DNA of 64,000 bases from the NCBI GenBank assembly GCA_964304625.1, contig OZ199838.1, forward strand, positions 4,793,289-4,857,288. Reading direction: 5' to 3'. The notes below the pieces were generated by a model. That model saw only the letters and a list, made by a program, of their open reading frames with translations, had not been told where the DNA came from and did not search any database. Both the position numbers and the translations under genes were made by a program. The first letter of the stretch is position 1; the number at the start of each line of letters is the position of its first letter. Below are positions 12,316 to 24,946 of this stretch, piece after piece. The DNA comes from Kudoa neothunni. Taxonomy: Eukaryota > Animalia > Cnidaria.

Positions 12316-14977
12316 TTACAGATCCGAGCCTGAGAAGAGACTAGCCGAATAGGTAGTGTAGTCAAGAGCACCAGGGGGAGCACCACCACCGGTGTATGGT
12401 TTCATATTTGCAATACAACGCTCAGCATGAGTAGGAAGTTCCATCTTGAGTTTGTCGGCAGTAATATATGGTTTACCCTCGGCAAGCACCTTGAACGATT
12501 CAATCATATCTGCTGCACTACCCTTAGATTCGCTGGATTCAGCCATGTAGTTAAGGAAACTAGACAATGTAACGTGACCGGTGTTTCCATGGTCGCATTT
12601 GGCAAGAATATTTTTGAACTCTGTCTCACCTTCGGCGTCATCTTGAGTAACTTTGAAATCCATAGCAATAAGGAAATTTCTAAAGTCATCATGATTGAGA
12701 TAGTTAAGCTTGAACTTATCAAGTTTGTTGAACAGTTGTCTGATCTCGGAGAGCTGTTCTTCAGTGAGTGTTGAAGAATCACGAATGAGGATTTGGTTTT
12801 CAAGCACATTTTTTGCAGATTTCAAAATAGAGCACAACTCATGGTAACCATTTTCCACGTTGTTAAGTGTCGACTGGTCGGCACCAGTATTGTTCTCATT
12901 GATTTCATCGACAACACTCTTCAAACTCTTAAGTTTAGGTTCATGATAAGCATGCACTTCAGCTTCAACATTTTTGAGATATTCAATCTGGCTTTCCAGT
13001 GTACCCTGGCTGTTAGATATTTTGGCTTTTTCCTCATCTTGCCATTTAAGAATAGCATCCGCAAGTTGGAGAAGTCGTTGATTGATCTCGAAGTTGCGCT
13101 CTTGTGTTTTGAGATCATTATCAAGTCTTTGTGATTTAGTTTCAGCCAATTTGAACAATTTATCATAGTTAGCAGTCATCTGATCCACTGTGATCGAGGT
13201 GTAAGGATTGGGACCATCGGAGAGTTGTCTTATCTCACGATCAATATCACTGGCTTTATCGAGAACAGTTTTGGCTTCGTTGTAGTTGTTGATAGTGTTG
13301 GTGTGTTCATTCTGAAGATTCTTCACATCCTGAACACTCTCCGCGATGTAGGCATCATCTGCATCCTCAAGGAATGAATCGCAAAGATTTTTAAATTTGC
13401 TCGATTCACGACAATAGTCAAGTCGTAGACTGTCCAACCTTTTGGCAAATTCAACTCTTTCATCGATACTTTTGGTGAGCTCATCACATTTGGACTTGAA
13501 AGTATGCATTCGATCCTTGATATTATCGAAACGGGCGGTACAATCATTAATTTTGGAGTATTCCAATTGTTTCAATTGATTGTACACATCCTCAATGTTG
13601 GAGAGACGATTCAATCGAGAGTTCAACTCTGACAAAAGTGCTTCATGCTTACGCTGACGTGCCAATATGCTCGCAAGTTCGGTCTCATTAACACCTTGTT
13701 CAGCACTTGAGGCATTATCACTCAAAAATTGTTCCGCAATCGAACACTTGTAGTTGAACTTTCTTACCAAATGATCAATCGAACGATGTCGTTTTAGATT
13801 GAGTTTAATCCACTCGAGGCGTTTTTTCTCTTCCTCACCCAAACTGTTCCATAAGTCATTTATAGTTCCCATGTTAAGACCTTCCGGTGGATTATAGGGA
13901 GGGTGGTGATTTACTCGTAGTAGGGTTTGAAGTGTATTAAGGGTTTCTTGGATGTGTTGTTTTTCGTTGGCCCTCTTAGGTTTCTCATTACTGTTATAGT
14001 TATTGAGATCATTCAAGAGACTGGAGAATTCTTCACTGGTATCATCTTTAATGGCTCTATCCTCCATTTCATTGGTGGTCTTTCTGATCCAATCAACGAG
14101 ATCACTGGCAAGTGTCTCATACTTATCGCGGTGTTTCTCATATTCGGATTGTTGACTGAGAGCGTTGTCAAGGCGTCGGATGGCCGACTCAAGTTCATGA
14201 CTTTTCGAAAACAGATCATAATAAGCGGATATGTATGTCATAATGGATTTCTCATCGGCGTATTTGATAACATCATCTGGTTCGATCATTCGAGGAATGT
14301 CCAATTCTTTTAGTGCAACATCAAAAGCAAGCTCAAGGTTTTTCTTAGGATCGCTACTATTAAGTTTTTGGTAGTCAATCAAATCAGGGCGGTGACGGTG
14401 AATAAGCGCACAAAATGCCAATCCATTCGTCCAACTGTTGGTGAAATTTTTCACATTAACGTTTTTGTAGGGTTTGGTTTTGCGTTGACACCACAACAAA
14501 AGACCGTCTTTAGCGCTCATACCTTCTTCTATGCCTTGGATGGCGAAACGCAGAATTATTGTCCATATCATACCCAAGGTCATCTTCTCATTACCATCAA
14601 CAATCTCTTCGGCACCAATTCCAACCAGTTTCACTCCTTTACTAGCTATAAACTTTAAGGATTTGCTCACATTGGTTATGTGATGAAGACGTAATCGTCC
14701 TTTTTCCATTTTTGGCAACGATTCATTCGAAATAACCTCCAAAAGAATGGCCAAATTTTTGCCATCTCGTAAATCAGTCCTTACATCCTCAATCTGAATA
14801 TTCCTTCGCCTTAGGAATGAGTTGATCCAAGCGGTGAATGTCTATTAGATGTTTGGATAATAAATAAACTGCTCTCAATTCTTTCAAATATACCTTCACT
14901 TGAATTCGCTCCCATTCCTTATCAAGCAAAAGGGCATCCACTTGTTCTTGCTCGTTCGATTGAGATTCACCTACCAT
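12316..14977 (-). CDS. ACTN: Alpha-actinin
   Basis: Exon 14977-14894 (MVGESQ...LLLDKEWERIQVK), a 52-nt GT-AG intron (14842-14893), then one uninterrupted exon to 12316. Tandem CH domains (TFTAWINS, IGAEEIVDGNEKMTLGMIWTIILRF, LLLWCQRKT), spectrin repeats, EF-hands and C-terminal ALDY..YS..LF. Start codon is tentative. Confidence 0.95.
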
Positions 14978-15940
14978 CAAAAATGTTAATCTACTTAGTT
15001 CGAGGCGTTAACCAGAATTCAACAACTATTCGTTCCAATTAAGCTATTTATCGATAGATATGAAGCTGAGATTTTCTAAGCGGATTATCAATGGTTAAAT
15101 ATGCTCGCTATAAATTTTTCTGCAGCCGATTCACAGAGACCAAGTATTTCGTGAAAAACACATTGATAGTTGTTCCATGTTCGGAGGCAAACAACATAAT
15201 TTTATGCTAATTAAATGATAATGACGAACAAATGATTATCTAGGGGATTAATTTAATATATTAGTAAGGGGTTCGATTGAAACGTGAAAGAAACCATTTA
15301 GTTTATTTTATATTGTTATGACTGTGTGAGTAAGGCGCTCAAACTCAACCTCGTTACTTTCATCAAATAGAACAATACAATTGATATGACTCAAACATAC
15401 TTATATCAACGCATAAACCGTATTTATACTATGAAGACCTAACGGTGTATTATTATACGATGAAAATCCATGTAATATTGCTAATTAGCTTTAAATCAAT
15501 TAAACGCACCTTTAACAACATACGTCATTTTAATCCTGCGGATTATTATAATACTGAGATTTTCCACTGGAACTGTTGAGGGTGTGACTCAACATCGGGT
15601 GAATCTCGTTCCGAGTGGGATATGGTTGGAAGGGAATGAGTGCAGTTATTATCCACAGTTTACTTAACAACACTTACCTGAATGCATTGACTAAACGAAG
15701 CCAGTGTATTTGGAAGTTGTTTAGATTCAGGCAGGTTCATTCAATAAACAAAATTATTTTAAGTAGAGTGCAAAAAATAATATCAATGTTTAATGCATTC
15801 GATAACATTTGGGTGTGTGACGTTAGTTGTAAATTCGATAAGCTACCTGCCAAATATATCAACCAATTTTTTTACTTATTATTACATCAATGAAAATATA
15901 TTTAATCTTTTTGTGGACATAGAATCCCGTTACACTAATA

Positions 15941-16547
15941 CAGTCGAACCTCGATTATCCGGAAGATATTTTAAACTTTATTTGGATTTCATTGAAATTA
16001 CGTGTCGATGAATGTTCGATTATCAGGAAACCGGAAGAACTATTTAATCATAATTCCGGATAAAGTACCACCCACCATCGTACGACATATACAATGTGAC
16101 ATATATACCAATACAATATTTAAAGTAAAAACATTTCTAGGTTTATTATTTATCAATTTTTCTTTTAAAACTAAAGTTATTCATTCAGTTCTTATATAAA
16201 TTTGTGCAATGTCTGAACGTATGCCTTTATGTATATTAAACATACATTCATTACCGATTATTTAAAAAAGTAGAGTACTCCACTGTAGACGTGTTTCTCT
16301 CCCATAATTATGCGCTGTTTCTTATTTTAGATCTCCATATTCTTAATTAATAGATATTCCGCCATACATAATATCTAAGTTGCAGAAGTTAAACTATTTT
16401 ATTTAATAAATAGTAAAAATCGTTTATAAATTAAATGAACGATCCATCAGTGGAATTTTTTAAGGGTGCGTGCGCACACAATTGTTTGTATTCTATTTTC
16501 AAGAACCTCACTGGTCCCCAATTTTCCGGATAATCGAGGTTTGACCG
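15941..16547. mobile_element. pogo/Tigger-type MITE (607 bp)
   Basis: TA|CAGTCGAACCTCGATTATCCGGAA ... TTCCGGATAATCGAGGTTTGACCG|TA (22/24). Confidence 0.85.
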
Positions 16548-16646
16548 TAATATAATTTATAAACCATAAATGGATTAATATTTATGTGGGCTATGTTAAA
16601 ACTACACTGGTGGTTCTTGGATTAGGCCAACCACATAATCTATATA

Positions 16647-19176
16647 CAGTAAGATCTCGATATTTCCCGCATGCGCAACTAGAATAAATTTGTTATACTT
16701 TAACAAAAAAATGATCTATTTTGTTTGTATTATTAAATTGAAGATGTGAATGGCATCGTTCTAATAATATACGAACTTTTCTTCATCTTTCGCAAACTTT
16801 GAATCAAGACTTTTTAAAATATCATGAAGATAGTTGAAGACATCCAACTATTCTTTTGATCGTTAATATTTAACAGAAAATTTATAAATTCCTTGTAAAC
16901 GGGGGGTCTCTTTAAATTTACCAATGACAATATTTGGAAATTTTATCCCTTTAGATTAAGTGCTCTATAATTCCATTATAGGTTTTTTGCTTGTTTCATT
17001 TCCATTTAATTCAACTCCTTTATATCATATGTTCGTTGAGTGCAGTGATCTTAGAAAGGGGCGATCTCACCGAGATTTAATATGTTTTATTTTTCATATC
17101 TACTTTTTACCTAATCATTAACATTCTTCTAAACTTCCCCTCTCTTCAGGAAGAGTGAATTTTTAAACAATAAAGAGTCGTAAAATTTTGAATGAAACCT
17201 TTTTTCCACTTAAACCAATGATTTAAGACCATCAGAAAAAAGTTTTTCCTTCTCTGTGATAAAAACTCTAGAATATTTGTTTTATTTGGTGTTCTGACAC
17301 AATCCGGTCATATAACACAGTTTGAAGTTGGATGTATTTTTTATTTGTAATTCCTTTACTAAGAGAAACAATATTGGAGTTCATTATATCATATTTATTA
17401 CATAAAATTCTATTCAGAGAAGAACAACTAATTTTAATTTGAATTAAACTCACAATAACAGAATTCATAATATTCTATAGCGCTATAGAGTAATTTTTTG
17501 GCATTTCAGATGAGATAATTGAATCATAATATTGAATAGTTTCAATTTTTTACCAAAATTTTTTTCATATTTCACAATATCGAATGTTCGAATGTGTGAT
17601 TTAGTAGATTAATCGGATTAAAATGGGAAGAAACCACTGCCCAATAGCAAGACCTTGAATTTTACAAAAATTCATTTTTTAACATACATGGGCTGATCAA
17701 AAAGTATCGAGACTTTTTAAATATCTCCTCGTATGACAAAGATGTAATTTTAAAGAAATAGAATGCTAGAAAAAATATATATTCGCATATTTCCGCGGGA
17801 AAAATTTAACAAATGAACAATAAAATAAAATACGACAGCTAGTTGTTAAGTTGCGAAATGGGTCGACGTCGTTCGCGAGCATGTCTGAAAACCACGAGGA
17901 GAGAATTTGTATTGAATTCTGTGTAAAACTAGGGATAAGCATTACCGAAACTTATGAAATGATTCAAAAAGCATTTCTAGACAATTCCATGGGTAGAAGT
18001 AGAGTATTTGAGTGGCATAACCGATTTAAAGAAGGTAGAAATTCGATTGATAGTTTGGATCGCTCTGGTCGACCTTTAACTATCAGAAGCCATGAAAAAA
18101 TTAATGATGTTAAGGATATAATCGATTCTGAACGTAGACGTACTATTGGGGAAATCTCTAATGATATTGGAATATCTTTTGTATCATGTTAAGCTATTTT
18201 GACTAATGATCTTCGTATGAGAAGAGTTTCTGCCAAATTTGTCTCGCGAGTGCTCACGCCCGAACAAAAAGAATTGCGGCTTATAACTTTAAAAGATCTA
18301 CTTCAACGCTTATCAACTGACGATGATTTCATGAATTTTATCGTAACAGGTGATGAAACTTGGGTTCATGGTCATGGTCCAGAAATAAAATTCAATGTTC
18401 AATTTGAAAAACATCGTCGCCCAGACCAAAATAAGCCCGTCAAGTTCGGAGTAAAATTAAGATATTACTCACAGTATTGTTTGATATCCAGGGGATAATT
18501 TATTATGGATATGCCCCTGAAGCTTCTACAGTTACGAGTAAGTATTACCTCAGAGTTTTGCGGAGATTACAGGATGCTATTCATCGTAAACGACCCCACA
18601 TGCATTACTCTGGGCGTTGGATACTGCATTACGATAATGCCCCCCTCACATAAGTCATTAAAAATTCAAGATTTTTTAGCCAAGGTGAACATTCCACAGC
18701 TACAGCATCCTCCATACTCACCAGATCTTGCTCCATGCGACTTCTTTCTGTTCCCAGAAATTAAATTCCAACTTAAAGAAGGAGATTCCACTCCATTGAG
18801 AAAATAAAACAGAATGAGGCGGAGCAGCTTAAGATGCTGAACAAAATGATTTTTAAGAATGCTTCCTTCAGTGGACGCAACGCTGGAAAAAATGTACTGA
18901 TGCGGATGGAGAGTATTTTGGAGGAGGTTAAAAAATTCATTATATTTGTGTATATATTTTTTATTTAAAAAGCCTCGTTACTTTTTGATCAACCCATGTA
19001 TACACGGAGTGTAAGAAACAAATAAACTTAACGTATATTTTCTAGAGTAAATTATTACAATAATAATGAATGCATAACTGAATTTTGAGTATATGCGTGC
19101 GTCTTATCCAGCATTGATGGCTAATTCGCACTTTTTCTCCGGTCCTGAAGGAATTACGTATACCTATCACCCACTG
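16647..19176 (-). mobile_element. Decayed pogo/Tigger element interrupted by a mariner
   Basis: TA|CAGTAAGATCTCGATAT left end, the same family as 40339/41601; degenerate ACTG|TA right end. Minus-strand remnant (FPNIVIGKFKETPRLQGI) resembles the Tigger KPLVIGKSKKPRCFKGI motif. Confidence 0.55.
17687..18998 (+). mobile_element. Full-length mariner (DD34D) element with disrupted transposase
   Basis: 1312 bp; 36-bp TIRs with 3 mismatches (CATGGGCTGATCAAAAAGTATCGAGACTTTTTAAAT); TA TSD on both sides. Transposase 17881-18930 has an HTH, TGDETW, HYDNAP and YSPDLAPCDF but carries stops and frameshifts. Confidence 0.95.
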
Positions 19177-20039
19177 TAATTTAAAAAAGCGGATTAAAAA
19201 ATGAATTCTATTTTAGGTGCGCATATAATTTGTTGTTTGAAACGTGTTTATTTTTCACACTAATGTAAATATTTAACATGAGACTTCCCCAAACTTATTG
19301 TCATTGTCATAATTAAGCAAATTAGTATAAATACAGCTTGCTACGTTTAATTAAAGAATAATCATTAAGTAAACTTATGCTTTGATTAGTTACGCTATTT
19401 ATATTATGTCATTCGTAAGAAATGTAAGTACATTATTAATTGTTTATTAAAAACTTAACCAGATCTTATTTTCGAGTAAACTCATTTCATGACTTACAAT
19501 TTTTAATGCAAAAATAAACTTTTACGAATTGTTATATTATAGAGGTATGCAGTTATGAAATAAAATTTAATTATGGAAATGGCTATTGGCACAGTAAATA
19601 ATATAGCAGATTCTAAAAAATTGAATCTGTAATCAGCTTATAAGTAATAATTTTTGAGATTAAAAATTTCCATCGCGCAAGCGTGCATGCCGTTTAGGAT
19701 TAAATTTTACCTTACCAATAGCCTCTGCCATTAACTATATTCCGATGTTACAAATTAGCTCGCTATAATCAGGATAAAATCGCTATTATCTCTAATATAA
19801 TGTAGTACATTCCAACTGGGGTTTCACGTAACCACGAATTATATATAAAAGCTAATGAGAGGTTTGATGAGGCGTTTTGTATATAATAATGATTAGAAAT
19901 TGAATCTGCTAACTTAAACAACATAAATTTAATCAGTACCCAATAGTTAATGTAATCACTAATTAAATTATTCGGAAAGAAACATAAAATTAATTTGAAA
20001 ATATTATAATTCTGTGATATAAAATTTGAAAATTTTCTT

Positions 20040-21620
20040 TCCAAGTGGAAACTTGTTTAGAACCGTTCGGTAGATAGAAAAACTATCGTAAAACTAGAAA
20101 TTGCGTTATGATTTCCATAGTTACGGGGCCAAAGCACTGTTAAGTGATTGAATGATAGTAGGAATTTACCTTGCTTTAGCTCAAAGTTATGTTTGGATCA
20201 GATCCAAATCGACGAAAGGATTCCATATGTTACCAAAAATTTTAATTTATTGTAAGAATAGATTGTTCTTATATTAAAGACTATTCTAAGCTACAGATAA
20301 AAAGCCGAACATTTAAAGTTGGTATTTAAAAAGTTGCATTTTAATCTACTTAAGGATTCAATCACTGAAAATAATTAGTTTATGAATAATGTTAAGATTA
20401 AAGGATAAAAGGACGATTTATAGCAGTGAATTAATATTCACTCTAAAATTTAAGAAATAGTGCAATATTTGAAACAAAATTTATGTTTATAGAGATAGAG
20501 ATAGATAATATTAAAATCAATCTATTAAGTAATAGTTGTAAAAGGTACTATCCAGCCATATTATTTGAATCTTATTAATGGTTACTGCTAAATCTCAGCA
20601 TTTTCAAGGAATAAATGATCAATTATTCAAATCGCCAACTATTTCTGATACATATTCTTCGAATATCTTAATAAATCTCTATGTCAGGTTCGAAACTGTG
20701 CAATTGTATCCCACGCATGCGTATGGTGTATTTCCAAGATTATAATTGTTGTCTGCATTTCGGGAATTTTTATTTAACTCAGGTTATACCTATATTTTTT
20801 TATTTAACATATATTCAAACAACAGCTGAAATTAAATCCAATTTTTTTACAAATTAAAGAAAGAATAGATCTAATTATTTAGCAGACGCAATCAAAAAAC
20901 AATAATACCCACATAACAGCCAGAAACATTTAATATCTTCCGTATGATAAAACTTTCATATCCTTTTTAAAATTAAAAAAACAGATAAAAGAATTAAATT
21001 TTAAAATTGATTGTTTGATTACAAATCAGAGAGGAGGAAATTAATTAATCTCCACATGAATCTATACAAAAATGATACCACCAAATAATATCCTTTGAAC
21101 TGTTTTTACGAAGCATCTATTTTTGTTAAAAAAATAATAGGTCAATAAGCATAATTTTGATGTTTGAAGCCAATTTTAAACATCAACATGATATTTTTAT
21201 GTCGGTAATCTCTCAATTAAAATTTTTTCAAAATAAAATTGGCTAAAATATAGTATACGTACCAACTTCGGTACAGATCGTAAATACGATAGTAAAACCA
21301 GAGCTACTTTGTGTTAATACAATATTTGGATAAGAATAAATTAATACAATAACGATTCGGTATTATAGTTATTTGGGGGTGATCTAAGTAATATAACAGA
21401 AACTCTAACTAATCTTAAGTTCTTAAGGAGTTATCGAGTGTGTTTGTCTATTCACTAATCCATTAAAATTTTCTAACATTATTTAGGATGCATGAACTTG
21501 TCACGATAAAACAAATCTCGAACGTTTTTTGAATCGTAGGTGAATAATGTCGATTCAAACCGATTCGTATCGAGATTACTCAGGCCCAGTTGTTGGCAAA
21601 TGTTAAGACCAGTTTATTCA
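20040..21620 (+). mobile_element. Highly decayed Ty3/Gypsy-like pol remnant
   Basis: Short motifs in the expected order: RT-like LAQSY..QI.IDE and AEHLKLVFKKL (20170-20340), RNase H-like AYGV (~20720) and integrase-like DYSGPVVGK (~21575). No LTRs resolved. Confidence 0.4.
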
Positions 21621-23306
21621 TGCATAAATGCAAAGTTAGGATTAATAAATAATTTTTAATTGTTATGAACTTCCATAAACAATTATTTTCGATTTCAATG
21701 AAGGAATCGATGAGTTAATCCATTGGAATTTATTTTTAATTAATCAAATTAAAAGTACAGATTAAAAAAATATGTCCGAAACTTATTTACAATTTAACAT
21801 TAAATATTCCACATTTAAATAGTTTTGTTGAGAAAAAACAAACAATAAAGCAAATTACCTGATTTGACCCACGAGTGATCACTAGAAGTCACTATCTTTT
21901 GTTGATATCCTGGTCGCATAACTTGTTTGTTTATTAATCAAGTAGTAGAGGCGTTTCAATGTTACACTTGCTGATACCGCACGTTGACTTTTGACGGAGC
22001 CTCTGATAAGCTTCTTAGTTTGTCGATTCACGTGGTCAATGTTTAACAAACGCCAAACTCAACAAACGATGTATTTTCAAGTGAGTTTGGTGTGATTTTG
22101 AAGAGATTTATATTACATGAGCACATACAGCAAAAAGTTATTTTTTAATAAGGTGGGTCTAAATTCGATGAAATCAAAGAGTATTTATTTTAAAATATCA
22201 TTCAAGAAACCCTTATGATTTCTTACCCCAATAAAGCGCGATTTACAATTAATTCCTGATATTACGGGTTATAAAAAATGAATTAATTTTTCATAAAATA
22301 AACTTTTTAAAAGTAATATAAGACGCTAAGGTTTAATTTATTTGAGGTAGCCGTGACACCTGGACCCTACGAGATTAGCCGATTAAACTGTTATCCTGGA
22401 ATAAAAACTATTTCATAATTAATCATGTGTATCAAACGTTATGATTATTTTTAGTGTTGTTGACAAAATTATAAATACAGAGTTAATAATTAGTTTTAGG
22501 TAGGCGAACTCTTATATTTCTACGACTGGCAATGGATATTGGTTGGAATAATCCTCTAGATCTTGTAGATTAAGTGTCATTTTCATTTTAATAATTAACC
22601 CCCTAACAAGCTTGGAGTGTAATTCATTCTAAACCGACTCTAATCCTCTCGTAAAATCTTTCATTTTCCCTTGAAATTATGAAATTTTTGTTACCCTCCT
22701 AAATATCTGATGCGTACCACTGATAAAATTTGATAAAATATAATCATAAATTAATGTTGAAAAAAAATTAATCCTTAAGCTGATTTTAGAGGGAAAATAA
22801 GTCCATATTATTTTCCAATAGTTGCTTTAAATAATTTTGTTCAGAGTGATTCAAAGGATAAAAACATATTTTATTAATGGGTCATATAGAAAGTGATAAT
22901 GATTATAATAATTAACACCCGATAATCCAACTTACTGAGCTCTGGAACTGATTCGTATAGTGTCGTTAAAAACTAACCGTTGTCACCATGGTTGTTTGTC
23001 TTCAAATAGCGGATTAACAATGCTTAATTTTTTTACACGGGATAAACTTTAAATATACAACACTTAGCACTTTTAAAGTAATATTTTATAATTTTTGTGT
23101 TGTTCTCTGACTCACACAGGAATTTAAATTTTTTACTACATCGCCAAAAATTACCGAGGTGTATAATAAAGGCAGTGGCTATTGCAACGGGTGGAAATTA
23201 ATCCTAAACTGACATGTTTATAAAAATTACAACTTCATCTTCCTAATAAATGATTTTTTCGCTAAATAATTTATTATTTTTGGGAAAGATAGTATGGTGG
23301 AATTTT

Positions 23307-24056
23307 GGCTAAATTACAGTATACGTGTCCGGCCTCGGGCAAAAAAATTCACACTCGTTAAAAATCGTAAGAGATGTTTAAAGAGTATATAAATTCATTA
23401 TATATTTACAAAAGGTGCTAATTTCTTGTTGGTCGCGTTTCTATATTTACGCTTGAAAGCACCCCATGTCGCCTCTATTTTATTTGTATGGACGCCTTCA
23501 TCAGAAACAAATCGGAGGCGCTTATGAATAACAGTTCCGTGGGTAAATCACAATGTCTTCCCACTAATTTTTGAAAACTCTTGATCCAATATTGAAGCTA
23601 TCAGATCTTTTACCATTGTTCTCCAATCACATATTGTAGAATAAGACGAAATATCCAAATGATTGCACAATATTTCATACGTCATATTGGAATGCTGTAT
23701 TATGCAAACAATCAGAAGAAAAGATCTCCATATTGGAATCTTCGACTGTTTAAAAATAGACCCTATTCTTATGGAACATTTTTTGCATTTATAATTGTAT
23801 ACATCGTCAATATCTTTTCTTAAAATTATGTACATACTTCCACCACAAGAACAAGCGCGAATACTATTTAATAAACCAATATTCTGTAAACATTTAATCG
23901 TATAAGATAAATCCTCTTGAGAATATCCATAATCTAACATTTTTATTTGATCAATGTTTTCTAAAGTGAATATTGCTTTAAAAGCAGACATTGGCGGCGA
24001 AACCCGAATATTCAACGAAGTTATCCGAGGCCAGCCACGTATACTGTAATTTAGCC
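23307..24056 (-). mobile_element. Merlin (IS1595/ISXO2-like) element, internally deleted
   Basis: 32-bp TIRs GGCTAAATTACAGTATACGTG..GGCCTCGG with 2 mismatches; perfect 8-bp TSD GGAATTTT (23299-23306 and 24057-24064). Zn-ribbon N-terminus plus GVHTNKIEATWGAFKR; the central DDE part is missing. Confidence 0.92.
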
Positions 24057-24946
24057 GGAATTTTCAAGGTTGTTACTGGAAATTGGGCCATTACATAACG
24101 TCATTTTGATTTAATAGAACACAGAAATAATAACATAAGCTCTTGAAACAATAAACCATTGTAATTGCAAAAATTTACTGTACATCGTATGCTTTCTGTA
24201 ATATGAATTACCAAGTGCAGGAGCACGTGATGTTATATAAGGTTTAGTAAACTAATGGTATTAGTTCCCCTGTTGGTTAACATCTCCCTAGTTTTATACA
24301 TTCTATTATTGAAAATTATAACCTTATTTATTAAATATTTTTTCTCAAGGTTTGTAAGACGAATGATTCGTACTAATGTATAACTCTTTTTATTTAAAGA
24401 GATGTTTCATTTAATTTATAAAATTGATAACAATTTTTATTTCGATTTCGATTGATTAATGTTGAACAGGGGGGGGGGGTCTTGAAACATGATTATCGGC
24501 TAAACATAATGTAGTTATTAAAAAACAATAAAAATAATAAGTTGAAGACAATTTTAATTTGATGTAATATCACTTACGTAACTTTGTACATGTTAGTACC
24601 TAATCATTTCTGTGGGATAAGTGAAATTCAGTTAAGTGAAACATTCTGAAACAATAAGTCTGTAAACATTATTACAGCTAGTAAGTATTATTTATAAATA
24701 AAGATTTATATTTATCAAATAGAATCCCATTTTTATAAAATTAAAATAGCATTATTGAACTCTCATTTGATAACACATCAACTTGGTCTTAAGACAAAAA
24801 CATCCTATTTTTCGAAGAATAATTCCTAGTAAGCAAGAAAAATATTTCGAATTCTTAGGATGTATAAAAATTATTGTAAGCTAATTTATTATGATTTAGT
24901 GTTATCTTGTCCATCTAAAGTAAAGAGCGCTGAGTGCCCTATAGAG

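Noticed and set aside
12427-14658. Several 70-130 aa ORFs antisense to or overlapping alpha-actinin
   Set aside because: They are shadow ORFs caused by the codon bias of the real gene and have no recognisable motifs.
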